A stretch of 64,000 nucleotides of DNA, taken from contig JBAXAI010000001.1 in the NCBI GenBank assembly GCA_037142615.1, positions 448,001-512,000 of the forward strand, given 5' to 3'. Under the pieces are notes generated by a model, which saw only the letters and a program-made list of their open reading frames with translations, was not told the DNA's origin and searched no databases. Source of the stretch: Spirochaetales bacterium. GTDB lineage: Bacteria; Spirochaetota; Spirochaetia; JABEVK01. Within the stretch, counting starts at the first letter, position 1, and every line of letters begins with the position of its first letter. Both the position numbers and the translations under genes were made by a program. This document shows positions 1 to 7,733 of the stretch, piece after piece.

Positions 1-45
1 ATAGCGAAGGGCCTCGATCGCTTCAGGCACAGCCTGTACCTCGTC

Positions 46-350
46 CAGGACCGCCTCATCCGTGCCGTTTTGGAATAATTCGATTCCCCCGTCTTTTCAG
101 TCAGCGACCTCGTCAGTCTGGAACCGCGTGAGCAGGTCCGCTATGGACGGGTGAAACGGGCGAAGGCAAACGCTCCCGCTGGCAGGGCTCTCGAACCGCT
201 TGTACTATCCGTCGTACGCCCGAGTCGGGGCTTTCCTGTGGGGGATACGAAAGGAACTTGACCGATGATGAGTCCGGTGGAATCGGTCTAAAACACTGGG
301 GACCAGAGCTGTTCCTGGACGCCTTGGGTCAGCTTGAGAACCTTCAATAA
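46..350 (+). pseudogene. AbiEi-like antitoxin remnant, possibly joined to an AbiEii C-terminal tail
   Basis: Translates QDRLIRAVLE*FDSPVFSVSDLVSLEPREQVRYGRVKRA (TAA at 76-78), then frameshifted LSNRLYYPSY..ESGLS, similar to the AbiEi 'LANRIYxPSYxSLESALS' motif. The tail LKHWGPELFLDALGQLENLQ* resembles AbiEii ends (weak). Confidence 0.55.
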
Positions 351-367
351 GGGCTGTTTTGGCGGAT

Positions 368-530
368 TCAGGTCAGAATCGCAGGTTCTCCCTCGAGGAG
401 TTCGAGGTCAACTTTTCTTCCCAGCTTATCCTCGAAGTAGAAAGCCAGCCCAATGAAGTTGTCAAAGCTCTTCTGCTGTGGCTGGAACTCGACAAGCAGG
501 TCGATGTCGCTTTTCTCGGTCTCACGTCCT
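368..530 (-). pseudogene. 5'-truncated minimal nucleotidyltransferase (MntA-like) fragment
   Basis: Reads EKSDIDLLVEFQPQQKSFDNFIGLAFYFEDKLGRKVDL, clearly paralogous to 7326-7628; lacks a start codon, the GS motif and a HEPN partner. Confidence 0.8.
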
Positions 531-622
531 TGGGTAGTCCAGCTGACTCCTTCGCAATTGGCATCTGTGGAAGGCGGCCTTGGCAGGCTGTCGGACCAAG
601 GTGGACTTCCGCTATACGCTGA

Positions 623-726
623 ATATACCCTTACGGGTATATATGAACTGACAAATGGCCGAATAGCCCCTATCGGGTATGTTTCCTAGTTTTAAGTTGT
701 AAATTATACCCGATCGAGTGTACAAT
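623..726 (+). promoter_or_regulatory. Three HipB-type operators and sigma70 promoter of the hipBST-like operon
   Basis: ATATACCC-N4-GGGTATAT (623-642, perfect), ATAGCCCC-N4-GGGTATGT (663-682), TTATACCC-N4-GAGTGTAC (704-723), spaced 40-41 bp; TTGTAA(697)-N18-TACAAT(721). Confidence 0.75.
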
Positions 727-732
727 CACTGT

Positions 733-951
733 ATGTCCAAAACCGAGTTCTCTGTACTCCTCAAGAAGGAACGCCGGCTTAACCACCTCACGCAGGAAGA
801 ACTCGCGCTCAGAGCAGGAGTTGGGCTGCGGCTCATCCGTGACATTGAGCAAGGTAAGGCAACGTTACGTATCGACTCGTTGAATAAGGTGCTGGCGCTG
901 TTTGGTTACGAGGTCGCGCCGGTCCGTCGGAGTCCCCATGCGGAGCGCTAA
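733..951 (+). CDS. hipB: XRE/HTH (y4mF-like) transcriptional regulator, HipB-like
   Basis: LTQEELALRAGVGLRLIRDIEQGKATLRIDSLNKVL HTH; first gene of three overlapping genes. Confidence 0.85.
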   Translation: MSKTEFSVLLKKERRLNHLTQEELALRAGVGLRLIRDIEQGKATLRIDSLNKVLALFGYEVAPVRRSPHAER

Positions 952-1255
952 GGTCTGGTATGGGACCAACTTCGCGGGCACGCTGGAAGAAACCGACGTG
1001 GGCTATCGCTTCACCTACTCTTCCGACTACCTCGGCGAGAGCTTACCGCGTCCCATAAGCCAGACCCTCGGGCTGCGGGAACAGCCGTTCGAGGCCAAAA
1101 CACTTTTCCCGTTCTTTGACGGGCTGATCCCGGAAGGCTGGCTGCTCGACTTAGGGACCCTCAACTGGAAGCTCGACCCGAAAGACCGCTTTGGACTGCT
1201 TCTGGCGTTCTGCCGAGACCCCATCGGTGCCGTCGGAGTAACCACCGATGAGTAA
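938..1255 (+). CDS. hipS: HipA N-terminal (couple_hipA) domain protein, HipS-like antitoxin
   Basis: AGTLEETDVGYRFTY...PISQTL...LFPFFDGLIPEGWL...DRFGLL motifs; overlaps both neighbours. Confidence 0.85.
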   Translation: MRSAKVWYGTNFAGTLEETDVGYRFTYSSDYLGESLPRPISQTLGLREQPFEAKTLFPFFDGLIPEGWLLDLGTLNWKLDPKDRFGLLLAFCRDPIGAVGVTTDE

Positions 1256-2177
1256 GTGCCTAGTCTGTTTTGGCGACCTCCGTTCGGGAGACTACCATCC
1301 AAGTTGCGCGTTGCGGTTGTTTGACACGCGAGTTCCGCTCGAAGTCGATCTCAATCTGGAAGACCTGCCCTCGGAAGGCCTGAGGTTGCTCGAAGCCAAA
1401 GGTGGAATAGCGGGTGTCCAGAAGAAACTCTCGTTGGGGCGTTCCACAGGTCAGCCGGGCCGGCTGACGGTCGTCGGCTTCCAAGGACGCTTCATTCTCA
1501 AGCCCCCTTCTCCGGAGTTCGAGGCCCTGCCTGAAAACGAGGCGCTGTGCATGGAGCTTGGCAACCAACTGGGTCTCGGGGTCGCCGGCCACGGTTTGGT
1601 GCGATTGAAGGATGGTACCCTTGCCTACCTGAGCCGCCGTTTCGACCGGCCGGACGACCAGACGAAATGGCACCAGGAGGACTTCTGCCAGCTTGCCGAG
1701 CGACCCGTTGCCGACAAGTACAAAGGTAGCCTTGAGGCAGCGGGTAACCTGCTCCGCTACTCCCGACAACCGGGGCTCGACGCCGTTCGCTTTCTGGAAC
1801 TGGGCCTCTTCTGTTGGCTCACCGGAAATGCCGATATGCACCTGAAGAATTTCTCGTTGCTACTCGACCCCACCAACGGTTGGATTCTCTCGCCGGCGTA
1901 CGATCTGGTCAGTACCCGGCTGGTTCTTCCAGAAGACAACGAGGAAACGGCGCTACCGATCAATGGCAAGAAGTCTCACGTGCATTGGCGGGATTGGGAA
2001 GCTCTTGCAGCCAATTTGGGCGTCGAAGGCAAGGTGGCGTTCAAGCTGGCCGCACGGCTGGCCTCGAAGGTGGCCCTGGTCGAAGATCTCGCAAGACGTT
2101 CGATGCTGCCAACGTCGCAGCAGGAGGTGTTTGTGGCGATCTACCGTGAACGGGCGGCCCGCCTGGCTCGACCCTAG
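1248..2177 (+). CDS. hipT: HipA C-terminal domain kinase toxin, HipT-like
   Basis: IAGVQKKL, FILKP, ENEALCM, RRFDR, HQEDFCQL, GNADMHLKNFSL and LSPAYDLV kinase motifs; N-terminal CxxC..YHxxC. Confidence 0.9.
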   Translation: MSKCLVCFGDLRSGDYHPSCALRLFDTRVPLEVDLNLEDLPSEGLRLLEAKGGIAGVQKKLSLGRSTGQPGRLTVVGFQGRFILKPPSPEFEALPENEALCMELGNQLGLGVAGHGLVRLKDGTLAYLSRRFDRPDDQTKWHQEDFCQLAERPVADKYKGSLEAAGNLLRYSRQPGLDAVRFLELGLFCWLTGNADMHLKNFSLLLDPTNGWILSPAYDLVSTRLVLPEDNEETALPINGKKSHVHWRDWEALAANLGVEGKVAFKLAARLASKVALVEDLARRSMLPTSQQEVFVAIYRERAARLARP

Positions 2178-2351
2178 GGACCGGTAGAAATCCCGCATTA
2201 CGATTTCCTTCCAGTTCTCCTCGTGGCGGAAGTGTTGGCCGTCGTCGGTGTGGGTGTAGTAGAAGCCCATGCCCTTGGCTGCCATCGGCTCCAGCTCGTC
2301 TGGAACGAACCTCTCGACGTCGCAGAAGACCCGTGAGAACTCCGCCTTCAC
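2178..2351 (-). pseudogene. N-formylglutamate amidohydrolase-like fragment (middle part)
   Basis: FSRVFCDVERFVPDELEPMAAKGMGFYYTHTDDG matches the family motif SRLVVDVERFxDDxxEPMAAxGMGxxYTxTxDG; both ends missing. Confidence 0.75.
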
Positions 2352-2506
2352 CGAGTCGACACCTTCGACGTGGAAAATGCGGTCAGTGTACCAGTCGGTG
2401 AGTTTGTCGACTTCCCCGGGGCTCTCGAGCAGGTGAACGTGTTTGTTCGGGTGGATGCGTCCACGATTGTCAGTGGGATGAAGACTTCGGCAGACAGTTG
2501 AAAGGG

Positions 2507-2587
2507 AGGGCGGAGCCCCGCCCTACGCCGTGGCGAACGGTGTTCGCCACCGCTACCCACCCAGCGGGGCTTCGCCAGCCCCGCAAC
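2507..2587 (-). repeat. Three consecutive GTAG/GTTG-tipped GC-rich hairpins (REP-like)
   Basis: Minus strand: GTTGCGGGGCT-ggcga-AGCCCCGC, GTAGCG-GTGGCGAAC-acc-GTTCGCCAC, GTAGGGCGG-ggct-CCGCCCT; about 30-bp period. Confidence 0.55.
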
Positions 2588-2598
2588 GCCCCGGCTGC

Positions 2599-3135
2599 CT
2601 ATTTGGTGGCCTGTTGGTAGGTCCAACCTGATCGAAACCCTTGGCGAGTCGCGATCACGAGTTGACGGGCCAAAGCGTCCTCAAATGCAGACAAGAACTT
2701 GGGCCTGTCGGTTAGCAAACTTGTACTGAACCCCAGATCCTCCTGGTACATTGCCCATACACTGGTCCAGCCGGGAAAGGATTCCCGGGTCAGGACGAGC
2801 GCGTCAAAGTGAGTTTCAACAAATGGCCTCAGGTATTTGTCTGAAGGCAGAGAGTCAGACTTTGCCGAATTGACGGCTTTGTCTTCCGGAATCAGATTCC
2901 AGACTCGATCGTGGGCCACGAGATAGGCGATCCAGTCGTGGTGCAAGATCAAGGCCCCACCGTCATTGGTGAACTGATAGAGTGGCTTTCGAGCCTGAAA
3001 CTCGGCAGACGCAAGCTCAACGATTCGCCGATTGACCTTTGCGTCGGGCAGACCGGCAACCTCTGCCACAAAAAACGGCCGGATCAGCCTAAAGGGGACA
3101 AAACGAAGGAGCCTCGTTGTTTCTATGTGTGATCG
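2599..3135 (-). pseudogene. HNH endonuclease-domain protein fragment fused in frame to truncated istA
   Basis: LLRFVPFRLIRPFF..KPLYQFT..ILHHDWIAYL joined directly to VAHDRVWNLIP...VNSAKSDSLPS; the expected segment carrying the first HNH 'DH' appears deleted. Confidence 0.6.
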
Positions 3136-4236
3136 GACCTTGCCAGCGTGGGTGATGACGATTTGTCCGCTGCGGACTCCGATGCTCACCGATTCGCCAA
3201 TGTGTTTCCAGGGAACAGAATAATGGTTGGTATCGACCTCAACGCAGAGGTCAGAATGGACTTTTCGCGACAGTTCTCTCTCTCGTAGGAAGTCTGGTCG
3301 ACAGGCCAGAGACTTCAGAGCCTCGACTTCCAGTTCAAAGCGCTCAAGAGGAGTCCCGCCGAGTTCCTGAAGGACCCGCTGATCGGCGATCTGATCCATC
3401 CACCAGTCCAGATGGATCTCCAGCGCCTGCCATGAGTCGAACTCCCGACCAGCCAGAGCATTGTTTTTGACGTATCCGACGGCACTCTCGACCTTGCCCT
3501 TGGTTCGTGCGCGATACGGTGCGCAGGAGCGGCGATCAAAGCCCCAGTGCCGGCTGAACGCGACAAAAACGGGGTTGTAGACGACCTCGCGAGTGTGAAT
3601 GTCATGACTGATGACCAGCGCTTTGGCGTTGTCCGTGAGCACGGCTGCCGGTACTCCACTGAATCGTCGGAACGCGTTTTCGGTTCCCTTGAGCCAGCTC
3701 TCAAGCCTCTGATCGGCAAACACTTGCACGTAGATCCGACGGCTGAAGCCCAGAACGAAGACGAACAGGTGAACCTTGACCATCTCGCCGCCGATGTTCA
3801 CCTGGCGCTCACCAAAGTCGATTTGGGCCTGCTCGCCGGGCTTTGTCTCGTAGCGGGTCGTTGCCAATCCACGAACCGCCAGATCCTTGCGCCACGTCCC
3901 AACAGCCCGTTCAACAGTCCGAAGGCTTACATGAATCTTCTTCTTGGCGATCAATTCCTGGCGGACAACTTCGGCATTGCCCCGATGCAGCTTGAACTGC
4001 TCCTCGAGCCAACCTCCCAATCCATCGAGCAACCCTGGCCTTTGAGGATTCTTGTACTCAACGAAACCGCCCGCCGCAATGTAACGTTTGACTGTGTTAC
4101 GGCTAAATCCCAATTGGCGAACAATCGCCTTAACCGGCCACCCCGCCGAGCTCAAAAGCAGAATATCCTCGACTTCCGAAGGCAGGACCATGGGGCTTTT
4201 CTCCTGCCCCCAGTCTGCCCGATTCTGTCCTTCCAT
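3136..4236 (-). pseudogene. istA: IS21 transposase IstA, C-terminally truncated
   Basis: HTH (SRNTVKRY), RYETKPGEQAQIDFG, LTDNAK, PYRARTKGKVE DDE motifs and NHYSVP; homology ends near HAGKV. Confidence 0.9.
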
Positions 4237-4304
4237 TCCCCGTTTCTCCCCGAGGGGTCAATTCCTCGTGTCGCCCGGGGGTCAGTTTCTCATGTCGCGT
4301 GACA
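3136..4304 (-). mobile_element. IS21-family element remnant (left end plus 3'-truncated istA; no istB or right end)
   Basis: Terminal TGTCA at 4304 with two 21-bp subterminal repeats GCGACAyGAGrAAyTGACCCC (4278-4298, 4254-4274), followed by istA. Confidence 0.9.
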
Positions 4305-4345
4305 CGTTGGACATGCCGGAGAAGCTCCAGGTCAGGGCTTGAAGG

Positions 4346-4759
4346 TCATCTTGTTTCAAGAAACCGACGAAACTCCTCAGGGGTGAGGATTCCAAAAGGC
4401 ACCGCGCCCAGATACTGCAACAAGTCTGCGTCACCGGTGACGAGGTACTCAGCGTTGCCGGCAACCGCAGTTTCCAGAAAGACTTGATCGTTCGGATCGC
4501 GGCAGGGTTCGAGGACGGCTTCTCCGAGCTGAGGCACGGTTTCGCTGTACGGGAGAATATCCTCGAGCAGCGTCTTCTGCTCTCCGGGGCTCAAGCGAAA
4601 CTTTGGGTAGGCGAGCACCCGCATCAACTCTTTCGCGGTGGCCGAGCTGACAAGAGGTGTTGCTTGTCCGGACTTCCAGGCCTCGCGCAACCAACTCCAG
4701 TTCTCGCGGCGAAACACAAGCGCCGAAATCAGAGTATTGGTGTCAAGGACAACCTTCAC
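4346..4759 (-). CDS. PIN-domain toxin (VapC-like, TIGR00305-type)
   Basis: VVLDTNTLISAL...CRDPNDQVFLETAVAGNAEYLVTGDADLL; GTG start overlaps the antitoxin stop (GTGA). Confidence 0.9.
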   Translation of the reverse strand: MKVVLDTNTLISALVFRRENWSWLREAWKSGQATPLVSSATAKELMRVLAYPKFRLSPGEQKTLLEDILPYSETVPQLGEAVLEPCRDPNDQVFLETAVAGNAEYLVTGDADLLQYLGAVPFGILTPEEFRRFLETR

Positions 4760-4977
4760 TTCGGCTGCCGAGCCCAGCTGACGGCATCTTGGATGTCCTG
4801 CTCGGTGATTCCCAGCTCGTCCAGTTTGGTCCGGACTTGAGCAGCCGCGTTCGGGTTGACTGGAGTCAGGACGATGCTCTCGCCCTGCTTTCGGACCTCG
4901 AAGTAAGGACTGGAGAACACTGAGGCAATCGCCTTGGGAATTGTGATCTGGTTCTTGCTCGTCATCTTGGCGACCAT
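4756..4977 (-). CDS. AbrB/MazE/SpoVT-family antitoxin
   Basis: AKMTSKNQITIPKAI swapped-hairpin motif; RBS GAGGT; upstream of the PIN gene. Confidence 0.9.
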   Translation of the reverse strand: MVAKMTSKNQITIPKAIASVFSSPYFEVRKQGESIVLTPVNPNAAAQVRTKLDELGITEQDIQDAVSWARQPK

Positions 4978-4995
4978 GTTTTACCTCAAGTAAGA

Positions 4996-5024
4996 ATGTA
5001 AGGAAATATCTCATTCCTTGCAAG
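4996..5024 (-). promoter_or_regulatory. sigma70 promoter overlapped by an operator palindrome (AbrB-PIN operon)
   Basis: TTGCAA-N17-TACATT; inverted repeat TGCAAGGAA-N8-TTCCTTACA spans -35 to -10. Confidence 0.7.
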
Positions 5025-5135
5025 CACGGACCCAGGACACGGGGCTCGGCGCCCAGGAACTCCAGCGGCACCGAGAGCCCTGCGGCTACGTAGACCGAGC
5101 TCACGGCATCGACCAACCAGGCGGGCGTGTGGAGG
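5025..5135 (-). pseudogene. N-formylglutamate amidohydrolase-like fragment (near C-terminus, internally deleted)
   Basis: HTPAWLVDAVSSVYVAAGLS-VPLEFLGAEPRVL; homologous to 8951-9172 but lacks the ELNRPYAGSM segment. Confidence 0.7.
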
Positions 5136-5169
5136 CCGCGCGGAAGGTGGAAGAGGAAGCTTTGCGGGT

Positions 5170-5838
5170 TCACTCCACTTGCTCCAGAGACATCGCTGGC
5201 GCCGCCTGGACAATCTCCAGGGCAGTCGCGCACAACTGCCGGTCTGACGTGCGGAACTCACGGCGGTATTTTGCGCCGTCCAGCCAAGGGGTCAGCCATT
5301 GCGAGGCGTGTTGCCCGCCCTTTCGGTAGAACGGATTGAGGTGATAGCCCGTCATCGTCACCTCATGAAGACGCACGACGGGCCACAGAACCAGGGGACC
5401 GGCAAGACGAGGCGGAGACGCTCCTGTAAAGACCTGGCAGGCAAACCGCAGCACTCTACGATCCAGTTCAGTCGAGTTGGCGAGGCGTGCCTCTTCTCTG
5501 GTACGTACAAGGTCCCCATAGGCCTTCTTGAGGTCGTCGGCGGCCAGCCAGCCGGTCTGGTATTGTCCCGAGACCAGACTGCTCTCCCAGAACTCGGACT
5601 CGAGACTGACCCCCAGGACGTGACAGACCGAGCGCCAGTCCTCCAAAACCCCACCTTCCCACTCGAGGTCAACTTTGAAGCGGTCGGCTTGGGCTTTCGG
5701 GTCCTCGAACTTCGCGACGGTGTCACCGAGCCAGTCAAGCCATTCCTCCGGCTTTTCATCGCCATAGCAAACCAAACCGTAACCATCGCGGATTTCTCCC
5801 AACGACGGAACGTCGTCGGGGTCGTAATGTTGGGCCAT
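5170..5838 (-). CDS. Hypothetical protein, probably a chimera of an acidic ORF and a second gene start
   Basis: ATG with AGGAGG RBS; internal GAGGTG-N3-ATG (MTGYHLNPF) suggests a fused second gene; no recognisable family. Confidence 0.45.
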   Translation of the reverse strand: MAQHYDPDDVPSLGEIRDGYGLVCYGDEKPEEWLDWLGDTVAKFEDPKAQADRFKVDLEWEGGVLEDWRSVCHVLGVSLESEFWESSLVSGQYQTGWLAADDLKKAYGDLVRTREEARLANSTELDRRVLRFACQVFTGASPPRLAGPLVLWPVVRLHEVTMTGYHLNPFYRKGGQHASQWLTPWLDGAKYRREFRTSDRQLCATALEIVQAAPAMSLEQVE

Positions 5839-6009
5839 GGGGGGCCTCCTGTTTAGCAGCGGCCTCGGGGAGAGGCCAGAGCCTTCCGCCAGGCGGAAGG
5901 CACCCCACCCTGCAAGTCGGATAAATCGGTGGGGATGAAGCTATTGTATCACGGGATGAGTGCACTGAGGGTGCAACACCTACGGACTAGGACAGCCCCG
6001 CCTCTGCCC

Positions 6010-6050
6010 TTGCCAGAGAGCCCTCGCCCCTATATAATATCGATTATATA
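6010..6050 (+). promoter_or_regulatory. sigma70 promoter and operator of the AbrB-Doc operon
   Basis: TTGCCA-N17-TATAAT; perfect palindrome TATATAAT-ATCG-ATTATATA (6031-6050) over -10/+1. Confidence 0.75.
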
Positions 6051-6060
6051 GAGGGACTAC

Positions 6061-6288
6061 ATGCTTGCTGTCAAAGTCACGACTGTTGGAGCTTCTGCCG
6101 GGATCATTCTGACCAAAGAAGCGATGGCCCACTTGAAGATTCAGAAAGGTGACACGGTCTACCTGACCGAGGCACCCGATGGGAGCTATCGCTTGACGCC
6201 GTACAACCCCGAGTTCGAGCGACAGATGCGTTTGGCCGAGACGATCATGCATGATGACCGCGAAATCCTGAAGGTCCTCGCTAAGTGA
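6061..6288 (+). CDS. AbrB/MazE-family antitoxin paired with Doc
   Basis: KVTTVGASAGIILTKE...KGDTVYLTE...YRLTPYNPEFERQM; overlaps doc by 4 bp. Confidence 0.9.
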   Translation: MLAVKVTTVGASAGIILTKEAMAHLKIQKGDTVYLTEAPDGSYRLTPYNPEFERQMRLAETIMHDDREILKVLAK

Positions 6289-6674
6289 GTGAGTGGCGCT
6301 GGATACAAAAGGCTGTCGTGCTGGCCATCCACGACAGGCAGATTGCCGAGCATGGTGGGTTGCCTGGTCTCCGCGATGACGGAGCGTTGGCCTCTGCGCT
6401 CGCTCGCCCAGAGAACAAAGCCACCTGCGAGAAGCCCGACTTGGCGGACTTGGCGGCGGCCTACGCCTATGGGCTGGCCCGAAACCATCCCTTTGCCGAT
6501 GGTAACAAGCGCATCGCTTGGGTGGTGGCGCGCCTCTTTGTCGCTGACAATGGTGGACGGCTTCGCTTCGATCCGCTCGAAGCGATCCAGATGGTTCTGG
6601 CCATGGCAAGCGGAACCCTCACGGAGCCAGAGGTTGCAGCCTGGTTCCGTCAACGCCTGTTGGCACAATCGTAG
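6285..6674 (+). CDS. doc: Death-on-curing (Fic/Doc) toxin
   Basis: HGGLPGLRD, LASALARP, NHPFADGNKR motif. Confidence 0.92.
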   Translation: MSEWRWIQKAVVLAIHDRQIAEHGGLPGLRDDGALASALARPENKATCEKPDLADLAAAYAYGLARNHPFADGNKRIAWVVARLFVADNGGRLRFDPLEAIQMVLAMASGTLTEPEVAAWFRQRLLAQS

Positions 6675-6821
6675 CACGTGGTCGACGGAAGGCAGGCGAG
6701 GTTCCGCCGGGTCCGCTGCCACGGGCAAGGCGGTTTCAGGTAGCACCACCCTTGCGGGTCTCAAGTCCGTCGAGGAGTTGAAAAGCCCCAAGCCGGTTGT
6801 CTCGGATTTCTAAGACGTGAC

Positions 6822-6870
6822 AAAAGAAAGGCCCACCCGAAAAGCACTAAATGCTTATCTGGTGGGCCTT
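6822..6870 (-). terminator. Long hairpin with U-tract downstream of the att/tRNA copy
   Basis: AAGGCCCACC...GGTGGGCCTT stem with inner AAGCA/TGCTT, followed by TCTTTT on the minus strand. Confidence 0.6.
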
Positions 6871-6877
6871 AAAGTTC

Positions 6878-6919
6878 AGCCGACGCCCGAAGTCGAATCG
6901 GGGACCTACGCATTACGAG
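6878..6919 (-). mobile_element. att site: 42-bp copy of the tRNA-Thr 3' half
   Basis: Matches 9670-9711 with one mismatch; identity ends at the 5' side of the anticodon loop, typical of tyrosine-integrase crossover; flanked by AT-rich DNA. Confidence 0.9.
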
Positions 6920-7000
6920 GGCTTAGCACTCGTAATTATGTCTATATAATACAAAGCATTAGATACGTGAAACTTGCACAGTGGTATACAATTCGTATAC

Positions 7001-7345
7001 TCACGGTTCCCCAAGAATGCTTCTCAATTGCTGCCGAAGTTTCGGAATTCGTGTGACGGCGACATCCCAGACGATGGCGTAGTCCACCGAAAAGTAGCCA
7101 TGGATCAGCTTGTCTCTCATTCCGGCGATGCCTCTCCAGTCCACCTCGCGATGCTGCAAGGTGAACTCGTTGGTCAGCTGCTTTACGGCTTCTCCCATAA
7201 TTTCCAAGCTGCGCGCGAACGCACGTTTGAGCACGTCGTCGACAAGGAAACTCTCAAGAGTCGCAAGACTCGACTGTCTGAAGAGAAACTCCACTTCGTC
7301 CAAGACGTGGCGAAGCAGTTGTTGGTCAGAGTGCAAGGTACTCAA
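7001..7345 (-). CDS. HEPN (DUF86) RNase toxin, HepT-like
   Basis: RSLEIMGEAVK and WRGIAGMRDKLIHGYF (RX4HXY) motifs. Confidence 0.9.
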   Translation of the reverse strand: MSTLHSDQQLLRHVLDEVEFLFRQSSLATLESFLVDDVLKRAFARSLEIMGEAVKQLTNEFTLQHREVDWRGIAGMRDKLIHGYFSVDYAIVWDVAVTRIPKLRQQLRSILGEP

Positions 7346-7628
7346 CTTCCTGAAGGATAGAAGGCCCTAGATGTGGGCTCAGGGACTCTCTGGTTACCAG
7401 GTCAACTTTTCGCTGGAGGTGGTCCTCGAGGTAAAACGCCAAACCCATGAAGTTGTCAAAGGTCTTTTGTCTCGGCTCAAACTCCACAAGGAGATCGATA
7501 TCGCTGGCCTCGCTGGCTTCTCCGCGGGCAAATGATCCGAAGAGTCCAAGTGCAGCGACACCAAAGCCGGCAATCGCTCCGCGGTTCTCTTGGAGGAACG
7601 TCTCAATGTCGGCCTTGCGTTGCACCAT
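7326..7628 (-). CDS. Minimal nucleotidyltransferase antitoxin, MntA-like
   Basis: LFGSFARGE...SDIDLLV (GSX10DXD) motif; upstream of and overlapping the HEPN gene. Confidence 0.9.
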   Translation of the reverse strand: MVQRKADIETFLQENRGAIAGFGVAALGLFGSFARGEASEASDIDLLVEFEPRQKTFDNFMGLAFYLEDHLQRKVDLVTRESLSPHLGPSILQEVEYLAL

Positions 7629-7733
7629 GGGTCAAGTATAGCCATCCAGTGATATTTCGTCACTCAGCCGAGGGCCTAGTCCGGCTTGCGTCCATTATGT
7701 AAGTCAACTTATACTATGGACGAAGAGGTTGTA

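Larger units (their letters stand above)
6378..6919. repeat. 542-bp direct repeat, copy 1 (doc 3' part, ORF tail, hairpin, tRNA 3' half)
   Basis: Collinear with 9170-9711 at offset 2792; about 15 mismatches counted by eye. Confidence 0.95.

Noticed and set aside
2352-2501. Short plus-strand coding-like fragment (RVDTFDVENAVSVPVGEF...)
   Set aside because: No start codon and no recognisable family, so it cannot be called.
2507-2587. CRISPR array
   Set aside because: Units share no repeat sequence beyond 4 nt, there are no spacers, and no cas genes are in the window.
4346-5233. 295-aa ORF as one PIN-fusion protein
   Set aside because: It reads through the AbrB gene and promoter in another frame; the real PIN gene starts at GTG 4759.
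6878-6919. Second tRNA-Thr gene
   Set aside because: Only the 3' half is present, with no D-arm or 5' acceptor strand; treated as an att site.
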